Below the pieces are notes generated by a model. The model saw only the letters and a program-made list of their open reading frames with translations. It had not been told where the DNA came from and ran no database searches. Below are positions 27,061 through 39,400 of a stretch of DNA of 64,000 nt, piece by piece (position 1 is the stretch's first letter; every line of letters begins with the position of its first letter). The DNA comes from a virus. Location: IMG/VR virus record IMGVR_UViG_3300045988_039227, positions 1 through 64,000 of that record. The stretch is one strand, 5' to 3'. The translations under genes were made by a program, and so were the position numbers.

Positions 27061-27978
27061 ATGGAAAAGAAATTTTTGAAAGTAGGTAAGAGTATAAACT
27101 TTAAGTTTAACACAGAAGGTCTTGAGTGTGATTTAACTCCAGGAATGGTTTACAGTATTGATGTAGATCGTTATACTGATGCTATTTCGCTCGAGGAAAC
27201 TAGTGGCTTATCTTTACCTTCTAAGGTATATTGTACACAGCGTGACGAACGTTTTATCGATAAGGTTATTAATAGTTATAACCTGTCCGAAAGCGGATTT
27301 ACTGGTGTAATGCTTGCAGGATTAAAAGGATCTGGAAAGACCGTAATGGCTAAAGTAATTGCCAATAAGAGCGGACTCCCAATTATAAATATAGACAAAA
27401 ACATACGTCCATATATCCTTCGAAATCTTGTAGAAAAGCTTGGCGACACAAGTGTTTGTTTCTTGTTTGATGAGCTTGATAAAGTCCTTGAAGATTACGA
27501 TGACTCTGTATTATTACAGGTATTGGATGGTTCTGATACTAAAGGTAAGCATATGATTTTGTTTACTTGTAATGATGACAATGAAATATCAGAGTATCTG
27601 ATAGATCGTTGTTCTCGTATCCGTTATTGGCGTGAGTTTGATGAGATGTCTCCATCTCTTATAATGGAGGTATTGAACGACAAACTTAACGACAAGAAGG
27701 AAGTTAAGTCTTTGACCGACTTTATCAAGGATAACTTCGAGGTATGCAGTTTTGATAACATAGCGTCTTTTGTAAAGGAGGCTAATGATTATCCTACTAC
27801 GACATTTGAGGAGTTGTTCGAGGATATGAATCTTTCCTCTAAAGGTTCTATAAAGCCTCATCCAAGAAATAAGAATAAAAACATCCCTATTGGCTGTAAG
27901 TTAAAGACCAAATCTAATATTGGTGTAGCTGTTGACCGGGGATGCGATTGTGATAAGTGTTGTTGCGCAGGATGCTAA
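27061..27978 (+). CDS. AAA+ ATPase with Cys-rich C-terminus, about 305 aa
   Basis: Walker A LAGLKGSGKTVMAK; Walker B CFLFDELDK. The C-terminus is DRGCDCDKCCCAGC. The ORF track start 27037 is a TTG, so ATG 27061 was chosen. Confidence 0.72.
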   Translation: MEKKFLKVGKSINFKFNTEGLECDLTPGMVYSIDVDRYTDAISLEETSGLSLPSKVYCTQRDERFIDKVINSYNLSESGFTGVMLAGLKGSGKTVMAKVIANKSGLPIINIDKNIRPYILRNLVEKLGDTSVCFLFDELDKVLEDYDDSVLLQVLDGSDTKGKHMILFTCNDDNEISEYLIDRCSRIRYWREFDEMSPSLIMEVLNDKLNDKKEVKSLTDFIKDNFEVCSFDNIASFVKEANDYPTTTFEELFEDMNLSSKGSIKPHPRNKNKNIPIGCKLKTKSNIGVAVDRGCDCDKCCCAGC

Positions 27979-29018
27979 TGATTACACCAGAGTACAAAAT
28001 ACCAGAGTATGATATCCCTTACTACGAGGATTCTACTCGAATCTCAAATTCTGCGATAGGCTGGTTCTTGAATAAGGGGCCAGCCTATTTTCGTAGGATG
28101 TTAGATGGTAAAGAGAAAGGCTTAGATTTGCCACAGTTACGTAAAGGAACCATGATACATGAGTTTTTACTTCAGCCAGATAAATTCTGGGATGATTACG
28201 TGCTGTTCGATGGCGACAAGCCTAAGAGTGCGCAAGCACAAAAGTTCTGTGAAAACTTAATAAATACCGTTGAAATAGAGCTAAATAAACAGCTCTCAGA
28301 CGCTTATCGTAAGTCTTATAGTATAGTTGGCAAGAGTGAAGATAAAATCCTCTCAGAGGCGCTTAAAATAAGCGTAGAGTATAAGGATTATATCGAAGCT
28401 ATCAGGTCTAAAAAAGTACTTATATCTCAGTACGACTTAGATCAACTTATGAAGATTCAGCACAATGTTGGAGAACATAAGTTAGCAAGACAACTAATAC
28501 GAAGAGCAGGTGAGCATGGTAATATTCATGTATACCACGAGTTCCAGATAAACTGGGACTATTTTGCAGAAGACGAATTAAATCATGAAGCGTATACTCC
28601 TATTGCTTGTAAATCATTACTTGATAGTTGTACATTTAACTTCGATACAAGGACGTGTACAATTATGGATATCAAGACTACAGCTAAACTGTGGCATTTT
28701 GAAGACAGTATGAAAGAATTTGATTACTGTAGACAATTATGCTTTTACAAGAAAGCTGTATATTGGTATTTAACCAACATATTGGAATTAAGTACTGATG
28801 AATTCTATAAATGGACATTTAGATATTATATCATAGCTATCGACACAACAGGTAGCAATGAGATAAGAGTGTTCAAATTAGATTCTACTCAAGTTGATTC
28901 AAGAAGTGATACGATACATGATTTTATGACCTTGTATTTGTGGCATTTGGGAACAGATAACTGGGACCATAGCTACGATTATTACACTGGAGACGGTAGT
29001 GAAACTTTAAACCTATGA
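27972..29018 (+). CDS. PD-(D/E)XK superfamily nuclease (RecB/Cas4-like), about 348 aa
   Basis: IMDIKTTAK fits a D-x-K core, and the gene sits next to the replication/recombination genes. The track start 27957 is a GTG; in-frame ATGs are at 27972 and 27978. Confidence 0.5.
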   Translation: MLMITPEYKIPEYDIPYYEDSTRISNSAIGWFLNKGPAYFRRMLDGKEKGLDLPQLRKGTMIHEFLLQPDKFWDDYVLFDGDKPKSAQAQKFCENLINTVEIELNKQLSDAYRKSYSIVGKSEDKILSEALKISVEYKDYIEAIRSKKVLISQYDLDQLMKIQHNVGEHKLARQLIRRAGEHGNIHVYHEFQINWDYFAEDELNHEAYTPIACKSLLDSCTFNFDTRTCTIMDIKTTAKLWHFEDSMKEFDYCRQLCFYKKAVYWYLTNILELSTDEFYKWTFRYYIIAIDTTGSNEIRVFKLDSTQVDSRSDTIHDFMTLYLWHLGTDNWDHSYDYYTGDGSETLNL

Positions 29019-29479
29019 GTAAATTTGCAAAGGTAGTAATACCTTTGATTATGAACGATATTAAGCTAGATGATTTCTCTGAAAAATCAGGGTTTGTAGA
29101 TATCTATACATATGACCCTGACAATCCAGGGGATTATCGTAGTATCTACTTCGTCGTTAATGACGATGTACGGAATGCTTTATCTATAGATAGAGCACGA
29201 CGTTTTGTTAAATCACCTAGTTTGAAAGGCGTTTATACTAAGCGGTGCAATAATATGCCATACATGGTATATAAACTTAGTATGACGCCATCAACATATA
29301 AGATGAAAGATGGAGTAATCTCTCCAACGCTAGAAGAAAGGGCTCGAATTTTGCAGTTTTGGGGTCTTACTTCAGATATAGGGAGATTATTGCTATGTAA
29401 TAGCACCTTGTCTGTAGAAACGGATTACGCTATGCCATTAGCAGACGAGGCTCCACTCTTTTTAGAAAACCTTATATAA
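29015..29479 (+). CDS. hypothetical protein, 154 aa
   Basis: ORF track. ATGA overlap with the upstream gene. Confidence 0.6.
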   Translation: MSKFAKVVIPLIMNDIKLDDFSEKSGFVDIYTYDPDNPGDYRSIYFVVNDDVRNALSIDRARRFVKSPSLKGVYTKRCNNMPYMVYKLSMTPSTYKMKDGVISPTLEERARILQFWGLTSDIGRLLLCNSTLSVETDYAMPLADEAPLFLENLI

Positions 29480-29485
29480 CAATAA

Positions 29486-29518
29486 AGGGGAACAGTACCT
29501 TGTCGGTATTGCTCCCCT
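29486..29518. terminator. bidirectional intrinsic terminator between the convergent modules
   Basis: A 13-bp imperfect hairpin, AGGGGAACAGTACC-TTGTC-GGTATTGCTCCCCT. It is flanked by an A-run upstream and ATTTTGTTTGG downstream. Confidence 0.6.
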
Positions 29519-29560
29519 ATTTTGTTTGGTTTAGTTTATGTGAAATGTCTTAGTACGCGT

Positions 29561-32500
29561 TTAAAATCCAGGCATTGGTGCCATTGGCGCCATTTTTGGC
29601 ATAGGCTGCATTGGAGCCATTTTAAACATATTACTAGAACTAGTTTTCTTTTCTTCGCCACCTTTCCATGTGTAGCCACCCATCTTAAACACAGTTCCCG
29701 TTACAGTATTATCGAAATACCATCTACCAACCTTGTCATTACCTCTGCTAGAGCCCCATGTTTGTATATTGTTGAGGACCCCAGAGGCTGTCATTAAAGA
29801 TCTTTGCCAACGTGGGAAATATTTATACTTCGAGTCAGACGAAATAATGTCAGTTGGGTTATTTCCTGTTAATCCAGCAGCATCGGCAATAGCCGTAGGT
29901 ACTTCTGTGAACTTTTCTACAGCAGATGTTACGGTTGTAGCAGATTTAACCATATCTACAAACTGGTAGACATTATACAGCTAGAATTGCGAGTCAATAG
30001 TTCTAAACATACACTGGTCTATAAGTCTGAGATAAACTTTCTGATCTATAAAATTCTTTATTGTAGGTAAAGAATCTTCGTAGGTCTTAGGTTTAAGATC
30101 CTTTGTTTCTTCCTGTACATATCTATGAAATGCCATCCACCCTACAGAAAGCAATGCAAGACAAAGCCCCCAGGTCAAAAACTCTTTGAGAGACTTTACT
30201 TCGTTTTTATTAAACTTAACTGGATCTGTAATAGTGGCTTGACGATTAAACATCTACTGATTAAACCATTTAAGTTGAGTATGAGCTCCTCTCATAAGAT
30301 TTACCAATACAGCTGGATTAGCTTCACCAGTACTATAGTCATACATACATCTCTATGCTTTCTGCTCATTTGTTAAAGGTTTGCGAACAGTTTTAGTTTT
30401 AATAGTAGTAGTTCCACCTCTCTGTACTGTTTCTTTTACCTATTCGATCTCCCTTACAACATTATCTGGTGTGTATCCAGCAAACCAATGTTCTGCTCTA
30501 CGTATAAAGAAGTTACGCATTAAAAAGAAGAATTTATGCAAGACATTGTTACTAACAGCTGATTGATCATTTTTTGGCGAGTTACCATTAAGCAATGCCA
30601 TAGTTTGCTATATGGTAGCAGATAGCTTACTGTCCTATACCTAAGCATTAGCATATGACGGTTTAATCTTTGCTATGCCATGATCGAAATAGTAAGCATT
30701 CCACATAGATTCTCCATGGTTATCTTTCCATTCTCTATTAATCTGCTTCTATGTAAGATTACTATTAACCATAAGCCTATCAAACTCAGACTTCGTATAA
30801 AACCCTTCTTTGACAATAGGATTTCCAGGATAATATTTCTTTGCATTATACGTAGCCCTTTGAGCGAGCATATTCATCATATAGTCACCCATTGTGTAGC
30901 CTCCTGTAGCAGATTGCTTTAAAGCCTTTGTAATTCTATTGCGATAAATATCTTTAAACGTCTCATCATTTGTCCTAACGAGGCCATCTTTCTACATCAT
31001 GGCTACAGCTTTACAATTAGCTATAGGATTACCAATATTAGCTAAAGCCTTCATGAGACCAAACCCTGTATAAAGGTATGCTTTCATTAGGTCTTTAAAA
31101 CCAAACTAGTCATTTCTAGCAGCTTGTGCTGGCATCTGTGTGAAAGAATCCCATACACCTACAAACATTGATGGAACGTTGGCAGCAAGCATAAGATAAG
31201 CCGAAACTCCTCTTGTCTTATTTACAAGCTTTGCTGCTGCAATAGCTTTCTTTGAAGGTTTTTCTCCAGGATTATCATTTGTTTCTCTAGATTCGTAAAA
31301 CAATTGTTTTAGCATCTTAGCATATCGCTCTTGCTATCTAGTGCCAGTTCCTTGGTGTTCGGAGTCTCTTGTTTCGTCAGACAAGTTATAACCCAATGTC
31401 TCAAGTTTAGCTTGTACTTTAGACTTATTTACAAAGTTGTTAGCCATATTTACAAACATACCAACAGTATAAGCTAGATCAGAACTAATCATAGAAGGAT
31501 CTTCCATTTCGTTTATAAAACGTGTTGGAGCAGTTTTGAGAACCCATTTACCATTACGCTATACGAAATCACCTTCATCCCTCATGTTTGTATCATCAGA
31601 TGTAGCGCCAGTTGCATTTTGAAGTTTATTCTTAATGAACTTTTTAGGGCTACCCAAAGCTCTGGACCTCTTCATGTCAGAAGTTCCCTCCATCTACGGA
31701 AGTTTAAATCTGTTATATGATGGATCGAGTCCAAGCTTATCCCATTGCTATTCCATCGTTTGTACAAGTAGGTTATAGTACTATGCTCTAGCATCTCCTT
31801 TCTAGATGAATTTAACAAACTCTTTGTCTCCATACTTATCGAAGTCTGGTTGCAAACCACTTCTGTCACCATCATAGAACTTATCGTCGTATATAGAAGA
31901 TATAGATGACCCTTTCTTTGTTGTAAAACGACCCTTAGGAATATATCTTGATGTAGGCTAATTGTTGCCAAACGTAGCACGCTTAGGAATTATCTGAGAA
32001 AATATTGTAAGAGGTACTTGCTTTGATTTCATAGAGCCATCCTTACCTTCCCATGTCTTTGTATACATAAGAATATTCTCAGCTATCCATCTCTCTACAG
32101 ACTATCTATTACCACCAAGTGTAGAGAAGTCTATTGCTATCTTACCATCAAGCGATATATATCTAGGCATCCTGCCATCAAGAGCTGCATCTGTATACTG
32201 TTTAAGTATGTATTCAAACCACGACATAGGTTCTACGCCATTTGGATTGTTGCGTGGGTCAAATTTTGTTACTCCATCTTTAGCTAATTGCATTCCAGAA
32301 GGATCTGTATAAGGAACTTCTCTAATATCAAAAGCGTCTCTAAATTCTTCTGGATCTATACCAGTAGCATTATTCTCTTCATTATTTTTAATATCAGCAG
32401 ATCTTGAATAGAACCACATGTCTGGTATCTTTACTGTACCGTCAGGCTACTAAGAAAAGATTACATTACTAAAATCTTTAACAAAGCCATTCTTTGTCTT

Positions 32501-35500
32501 AATAAGCTTCTTCATTGAACTCTAGAACATTCTCTACAAACTTTCTTTAGCAGACTTATTTTTACCAAAGATGTATTCGAGATATTCTGGGTTTATACCA
32601 TATTCTGAATTAGCATCAATAAACTTATACAGATCCTGCGTAGTTTTTTCTCCAGCTTTAATCTAATCTACTATATTCTGGTACTCTTTATCAAACTCCT
32701 CAAAATCTGTAGAATAGTCTGTTTGTTTAGCTAACCAATTATTCCAAGACTGTATCTCAAGAGCCGTCTGTAACTCATCGCCTTCTTTGAGATTACCTTC
32801 TTGATCAAATGGGTTACCTAAGTCTTGTAAGGCATCCTTCCACATCTACAGTTTCTGATAATCGTGAGGATTAAGCTTTTCTGGGTAGGATAAACCAGTC
32901 TACTTATCTGAACATTTCTATAATAAATAGTTAAGTTGGTCTTGTATATACTGCTGCCTAGAAAGTGTTCTTGGAGATAAACCGTGACCAGTTCTAGTCT
33001 TTGGATCGTAAGGTTTACTCAGACGCTCCATAAAGTATATCTTAGAATATCTTCTGTGCGCATGATCACACAGCCATTCCTCATATCTTCTTTGATATGT
33101 TACATAGTTTGGTTCTTGATCTCCGATCCACTACTCTTCTTCTACAGATGATTCTGTGTCGCTTCTTAAAGTCTCTCCAGTTATAGGGTCTTTATAATAG
33201 AAATAGCCATATTTATCTTGCCATTCTTTATTAAGCTTCTCTTTAAAGTTTTCCTAATCTTGTTTAAACTAACCTCTATTAACAGCTGATCTAAACAAGC
33301 CTGTGAACTCTCCCTTCTTAGGACCGTCTGTATACCTCTCCATCAACATTGTCTACCAGTTTCCTGGAGTAAGGTCATCTATGATAGAGTTGGCTTTATC
33401 AAACGCTTTAGCTATCTACTGCATAACAGGAAGAGATTCTTTTCTAGTCTGTTGATCTGCATCCTGTATCATCTAGAATGCTTGGCGAATAATAGGGCTG
33501 TTCTATCTAGAATAGTTAAAGAATAATGTAAGTTTAGACTCATCTCCATACATATCGTTCTTATGAAGCCAATCTTTAGCTACTGTCTTTATTTTATTCT
33601 TCTCTTCCTCTGACTCGTTAATATACTTATCCACATTTTCATCAACTATTTTATCTGCTACAATTTGTGCGGCATCTTTCCATAATTGATTAATCTATCT
33701 TACTGTAGCATTAAGTGTATCAACATCAGCCTAATCTCTAGCATCGAGATCCATCTAGTTATCAGACAATGTTTTGACAAGATCGTTGTAGAAGTCTATA
33801 ATATTAGACTTCATATCGTGTATCTATTCAGCTGTAAGGCTATCGAAATTATTCTTCTAACATTCCTGCAAGAAGCCTAAAATAGTGTCTCTACGAGCCT
33901 ATAAAATAGTATTGTCAATAGGGTCACGCGCAAACACACCAATGGTCTTTAAAGCAGACTGTATAGCTATTCTTGAGGACTCTTTCTTTTCTTGTGACTT
34001 GAGCTCCTATATTGTAGACCACACTTGATCTTCTCTACGCTGTCTATTAGCGCCCTTGTTAAGCTATTTTTTATAATCCTTGTACAATCCCTAGAAAAGC
34101 TCAGTTATTCTATGATGTATCTGATTAATCTTATCTTCAGAAGCTTGTATTGAAGCTAATCTATCTTTGGCTTCCTTATCAGTTATATTGTCTTCTTTCT
34201 ATTCGTTGTGAGACATAACTGTAAACAAATCGCTAACAGCGGCTTCGTATACATTATCTGAACCAATAAATCCTTTATAGCTTGTAAATATCTAAGAATA
34301 TATTTTCTTTATAGTCTGCTTAATCTTTTCGAACAGTGTTTGTTTACGATTATATTGTATAGACTTTAATTTTTCTACAAATTGCGCATTACTTAATTCT
34401 GCTACAAATTCATACACGTCGCTCAAACCGTAGTCCTACGCATCTTCTCCAAGAGCTTTCTTTGTTTTCTCATAGAGATCTGTAAATGACTTTCTTATTC
34501 TAGAATCATTACCAATCGCATGTTCTGTTACAGCATGTAGCATTTCATGGACGATTGTCTATACTTCAGGCGCTTGCGACTTACTTTCGTTTCTGAATCT
34601 AGCATTTTTGTTTATACGGATAACCTTATCGACTCTATCGTAATGTGCAGCCTCTCCTCCAGGAAGATTATCAACTATTTCATATGTAATTCCAGTCTAT
34701 TTATCATTAAAATACCTATTTACGGCAGCCATAACGAGCTTTAAAGCTGTACTAGATATGCCACTTCTATGAGATTTTAAATACTGCTACAATGTTGATA
34801 TGTCGCCCTTAGAAGGTATGTTAGACAACCTAGTTGCTGCTCCCATATTCGATTCTCCTTGAGAAGATGCATATATGTCATCTGGATTAGCAAACTGTCC
34901 ATTGTTGAATACAGATTTTACCTATGAATTATCTATACATTCATATACAGTATGAGGAGAATACGTTTCGGCGGAAGACCCATAATCAACAACGTTGTTT
35001 ATTATTACGCCATCATGATGAAAATCAGGATTGTAAAAGTGTATATTATTTTTCTAGTATTCCTACTTTATTTGATTTATATCTAAATCCAAATACCTTT
35101 TTATAGTAATAATATTATCTTTTATGTAAAAATTAGCATCTCTATTTTTATTTATGCTAACAGTGACTCCATATATATTAAATTTAGAGAAATCTTTATT
35201 CCTATATCTAGTATAAAGATCTGCTCTTGAATCGGATATTTCTGCATCAGAATAATTAGTGGTAAGGTATGTTTTTTCTAAATCCCTAGTTGATAGTGCT
35301 TTCTATCTTTCTTTTGCATAATATATAAGGTCATCTTCTGATATGCCTTTAAATAATGATGAAAGATATCTAGACTCCATAATATTTTCGTATATTGTTT
35401 TAGCCTATTCGGCACTAAAAACATGAACAATACTATAGATTATATCGTCGAAATTAAATTTTGAATCATATTTGTCGTCATCAAATGGAAGAATATCGTC

Positions 35501-36463
35501 AACAAGTCTATCTTTAAATTTATTTAATTTGTCATCAATTTCGTAATATCTTTTTTCATGAATATTGCTCCAACTATGACCATATGCATCAATTATTTTC
35601 GGGTTTTTGATATTTAAATAGTCAACTTTTATATTATCATAAAGATTATTTTCAAATCTGTTTTTATATTTTTCCGGATTAGCGTTATTATGTATATCAC
35701 TAAAATTGTAAAACGACCCTATTATATCTTCATATACAGAAGTAATTAATTTAAAAGGAACATTTGGATCCTAATACTCAACAAATAGTCCATCTAATTT
35801 TAACAAACAATCTTCTGCGTCTTTTATGTTACCATAATTTATCGCTTCTATAATTTTTTTCTTAAGAATATTATTAAACCAATCAAAATTACGTTTATCT
35901 TTAAAATCAGATTCTTCAACATTGTTCAAAATGCTAATAACAGTCCTTTTGGAATCTGTGTACCACTATGAATATTTTTTTAATGTGGCGTCATTAAACG
36001 ACGATAATATATAACTAGTCACATCGTTATAAGTCGATGACATAGTAATGCTATCTGTATGATATATAGCAGTTTTAAAACCTTCTATATTTGTGTCAAA
36101 CTTCTTAAAATTAGGACTATATTTACTGTTTACTGTATGATATGTAACCTACGGCTCTCCATTCTTATCTACAACTTTAGATACATTTTCTTTATCTTCA
36201 GAAGTCCAATCCCCAAACCATTTAAAGAATTCGTCAGAATATACTTTTGCCTTAAGTATAAGGGCTTGTGTTCTGTCGCCGTTTGCAATATGCAATAGCT
36301 CTCCAAATAATATAGAGTCGGCGCCATTTGGCGCCTTATCTATACTATATCCATTATTTTTGCTCCAGAGTAAATACGCAGTATCCTCATCGAACAAATC
36401 TTTTAATTCACCAAATTCTTTGGCTACTTGTTTATTATGTAAATTAGGACATATTTCTTTCAT
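29561..36463 (-). CDS. giant virion-associated protein, 2300 codons, zincin HExxH motif, C-terminal TM and Met/Pro-rich tail (requires TAG as sense)
   Basis: ATG 36463 overlaps the upstream TAA (TAATG). I checked every in-phase triplet by hand: no TAA/TGA occurs until TAA at 29561-29563, and there are about 56 in-frame TAG. Track fragments 36149..36463, 32663..32845, 32102..32419, 31106..31315, 29981..30253 and 29561..29953 are all in this frame. HEMLH lies at 34536-34550. The C-terminus ends MAPMQPMPKMAPMAPMPGF. Confidence 0.75.
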
Positions 36464-39400
36464 TATTTACCTCCTTTGCAATGTTTTCTAATTCTTTCAG
36501 CTTCTTCTATATCTTCCTTAGTAAGATTAATCTATGCCAAAGCCTACTTCTGCTGTTCTTCTTTAATTAGTGTATTAGCGTAATTATCACCTACAACTCC
36601 TTCTATTGATAATCCGTAGCCAGTATAACCTGCTCTAGTATTTTCCTAAACTGTTGATTTTATGTTAAATCTAGAAAGTAATTGTAAACTAAGCCATTCA
36701 GCAGCCTCTCTAGGTAACGCTGCTTTGCCAAGAGCTATAGCGGATGGGAATACAATTGGTTTACTATTGTCTATTCTTGCAAGCATATGGTTAACCCATG
36801 ATTTAAATGCCATTATATCACCTTGATTATCCTAGAAACATCCATCTTTAGCAAGCCATCTACCAGAAGCATCTTGCTGATTAACTTTTACTACAAGACC
36901 AAACGCATTAGGTGTAATTTTGCCATCACTACCAGTTCTGATGCAAGCTTGATTTGTACCAGTAGCACCAGAGCTTACATTTAATACCGGATTCTAATTA
37001 GCAAAACCTTGCATAGACAAACCTTGCGCCTTAGCATAAGCCTAAGCATTATCTGTGAATACGTACTGTACATTTGGGTGTTGTTGAGGCTAGTCTTTAT
37101 AGAATAACTGTTTGCTTATATACACAGTCTATCCAGAAGGACCTTTACCATCAAGATTAATATTAACAGCACTTTGTGTACTTTGTTGTTCTACAGCTTG
37201 TGATATTGTAGGATATTCTGAATTAGCATTATAGTACATCTAATTGAACCACGACATCCAGTTATTGCGCTGCTCGTCAGTAATATTTGGCTTCATCTGA
37301 CTAAGATAAGTCATAAGTTTACTAAGTTGGTTTTCAATAACTTCTTGACTCATAGGAATTCCATTTATATTTAGGTTAATATCACCAGCTTCGTAGATAT
37401 TAAGACCATCTCTATCTGACCAGCCCCTCTTAGGTAATAACGCATATACGGCACGCTTGGATCCATTAATCATAGCCTCTCCAACCTTTTTATACAATGT
37501 GTATGACGTTGGATCGCTATATACTGCTCCATCATTTCGTACTGATATATACAAAGCATCATGTTCGTGAGAGTCCTTGCTAATTATTACAGCAGGAGAA
37601 TACTAAGCATTGAAAGCGTAATAGTAATCTTTGAATGTAGCTCTGCTTACTAAATCGCTATCCATATAGTTGTTCTAAGCTATAAGATCGTGATTAATTT
37701 CTGGGGCTTCAAGTTGTTCCCTAATATAATCAGAGAATGGCACCGTACTTTCGTCGTGTCTAGCTTCAAGCCAACTCATAGGAATGTATTTAGCTATTTT
37801 ATTAAAGCCCTTTGTATCGCCAGATGTAAGCATTGCATACAATATAAGATCATTCGCAAATCTTCTAACATTAGCCTAATGGTCATTAAGAAGCTCCTCC
37901 CAAGACTCTATAAACATATCAGAAGACATCTTACTCTCATCCATACTATTAATAACGCTTATAAACTTAGGTTTGTTAGTAGGTTTTCCGTTTACAAAAA
38001 CATCCTAATCCTAAATATATGGAGCAAGATGTGATAATAGATAGTTATCTTTTAATCTACCTAAACCGTATGCATCACGCTGAATACAAGCCTGTATAGA
38101 GTTCAATCTATCAAATATTGTAGCATTACCGTCAAATAAACCTTTAACATCAATACCTAAAGACTTAGCTAATCTAAGAGCGTATCTAGCTTTAATCTAA
38201 CTACTAGCAGCCTATGATATCTTCTTCATAGTCTTAGCGTTTCTAAGCAAATCGGACTCTCTGTCATTCGTCTTATATTTAAAGTCATCGGATAAATTGA
38301 TAAGCTATTCCATAAACTAAGGTGTACCCTAGAATGATTGTCCAGCCATAACTCTCATAGGCTCTTGAATAGCGTCTCTTGTTTTCTACTCAATCCAAGT
38401 ACCATGTATAAGATTATTGATAGAGTTCGTATCAAACAGCTAATCAGTTTCTGGGTTTGTAAGATTCTCGTAACCTCTAAGATAAGCTTGCATCTCAAGG
38501 AAATTCTTACCTTGCTTACGAGTATCAATCTTAGTATACTGTACCAAACTATTTAATGCGTTAGAATACTTTTCAAGACACTTCCATGCTATGTAGCAAT
38601 TAACCTAGAAGGCTCTAGCTCTTTCTCCCTCTTCGGTCTAAGCATAGACTAAATCTGGGTTCTTAGCAATCTTCTAAAGCATATCCATATTATTGAGTAC
38701 AGAGTTTACTATCTCTGCTCGTCTAGCTGGTTCGCCTTTAGATTTATTTGGTTCAGTAGCGTCTTTAATATACTAATCGTCTATTGTTTTGCCAGTAACG
38801 CTAGGGAATATCTCTGCGAGTCTCTTATCTCTCATTTCGAAAGCTGACCTAAATACCTTAGGATCTCTAGTAAACTGAGACTTTGCATCAATATCTGCTT
38901 TAGCCATCTCTCTAATAATAGGCTAACATAAGAAATAAAGACCTTGTTTACCCTTACCGTTTCTAGCAAGTAAGTTGATCATATTATATGTAAACCCATT
39001 TACATTAAGCTTAGAGATATATGGATCTTTCACAATATCTACGTGGGCATTAATGAATGCTGATAACCAAGATGAAATCTGATTATTATCTTCATCAAGA
39101 ATCTAATCGAAACCGGTAATACCTGTCATCCGTGTAAAGCTAGACTCTTTAAATTTAACACCATACAATGTTGTAAGAATATGGTTTGTTACATTCAACG
39201 CAAATGGACCAATACCAGTCTTACCTGTAATGTAGTCATTTTTACGGGTAACCTGTTCATGCAGTGTACCAAAGTTGTACGCTACGCTCTTTGTGTTACC
39301 CTGTTCTGGAATCTCATCTGCAATGCTTGTTACAAGCTCTGTATCATTATCGATAGATTTATATAAGATATTAAGTGACTTTTTATCCTTAAGTACTGTA

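Noticed and set aside
29561-30253. Two apparently intact small - strand genes, 29981..30253 and 29561..29953.
   Set aside because: They share a frame, are separated by one TAG, and are preceded by another TAG. The frame stays open, with no TAA/TGA, all the way up to ATG 36463. They are therefore the C-terminus of the 2300-codon ORF.
36466-36478. A Shine-Dalgarno-like AAAGGAGGT about 8 nt upstream of ATG 36463.
   Set aside because: The sequence encodes the last residues (CKGGK) of the upstream giant ORF. No other gene in the window has an SD-like element, and Bacteroidota generally do not use SD. It is probably incidental.
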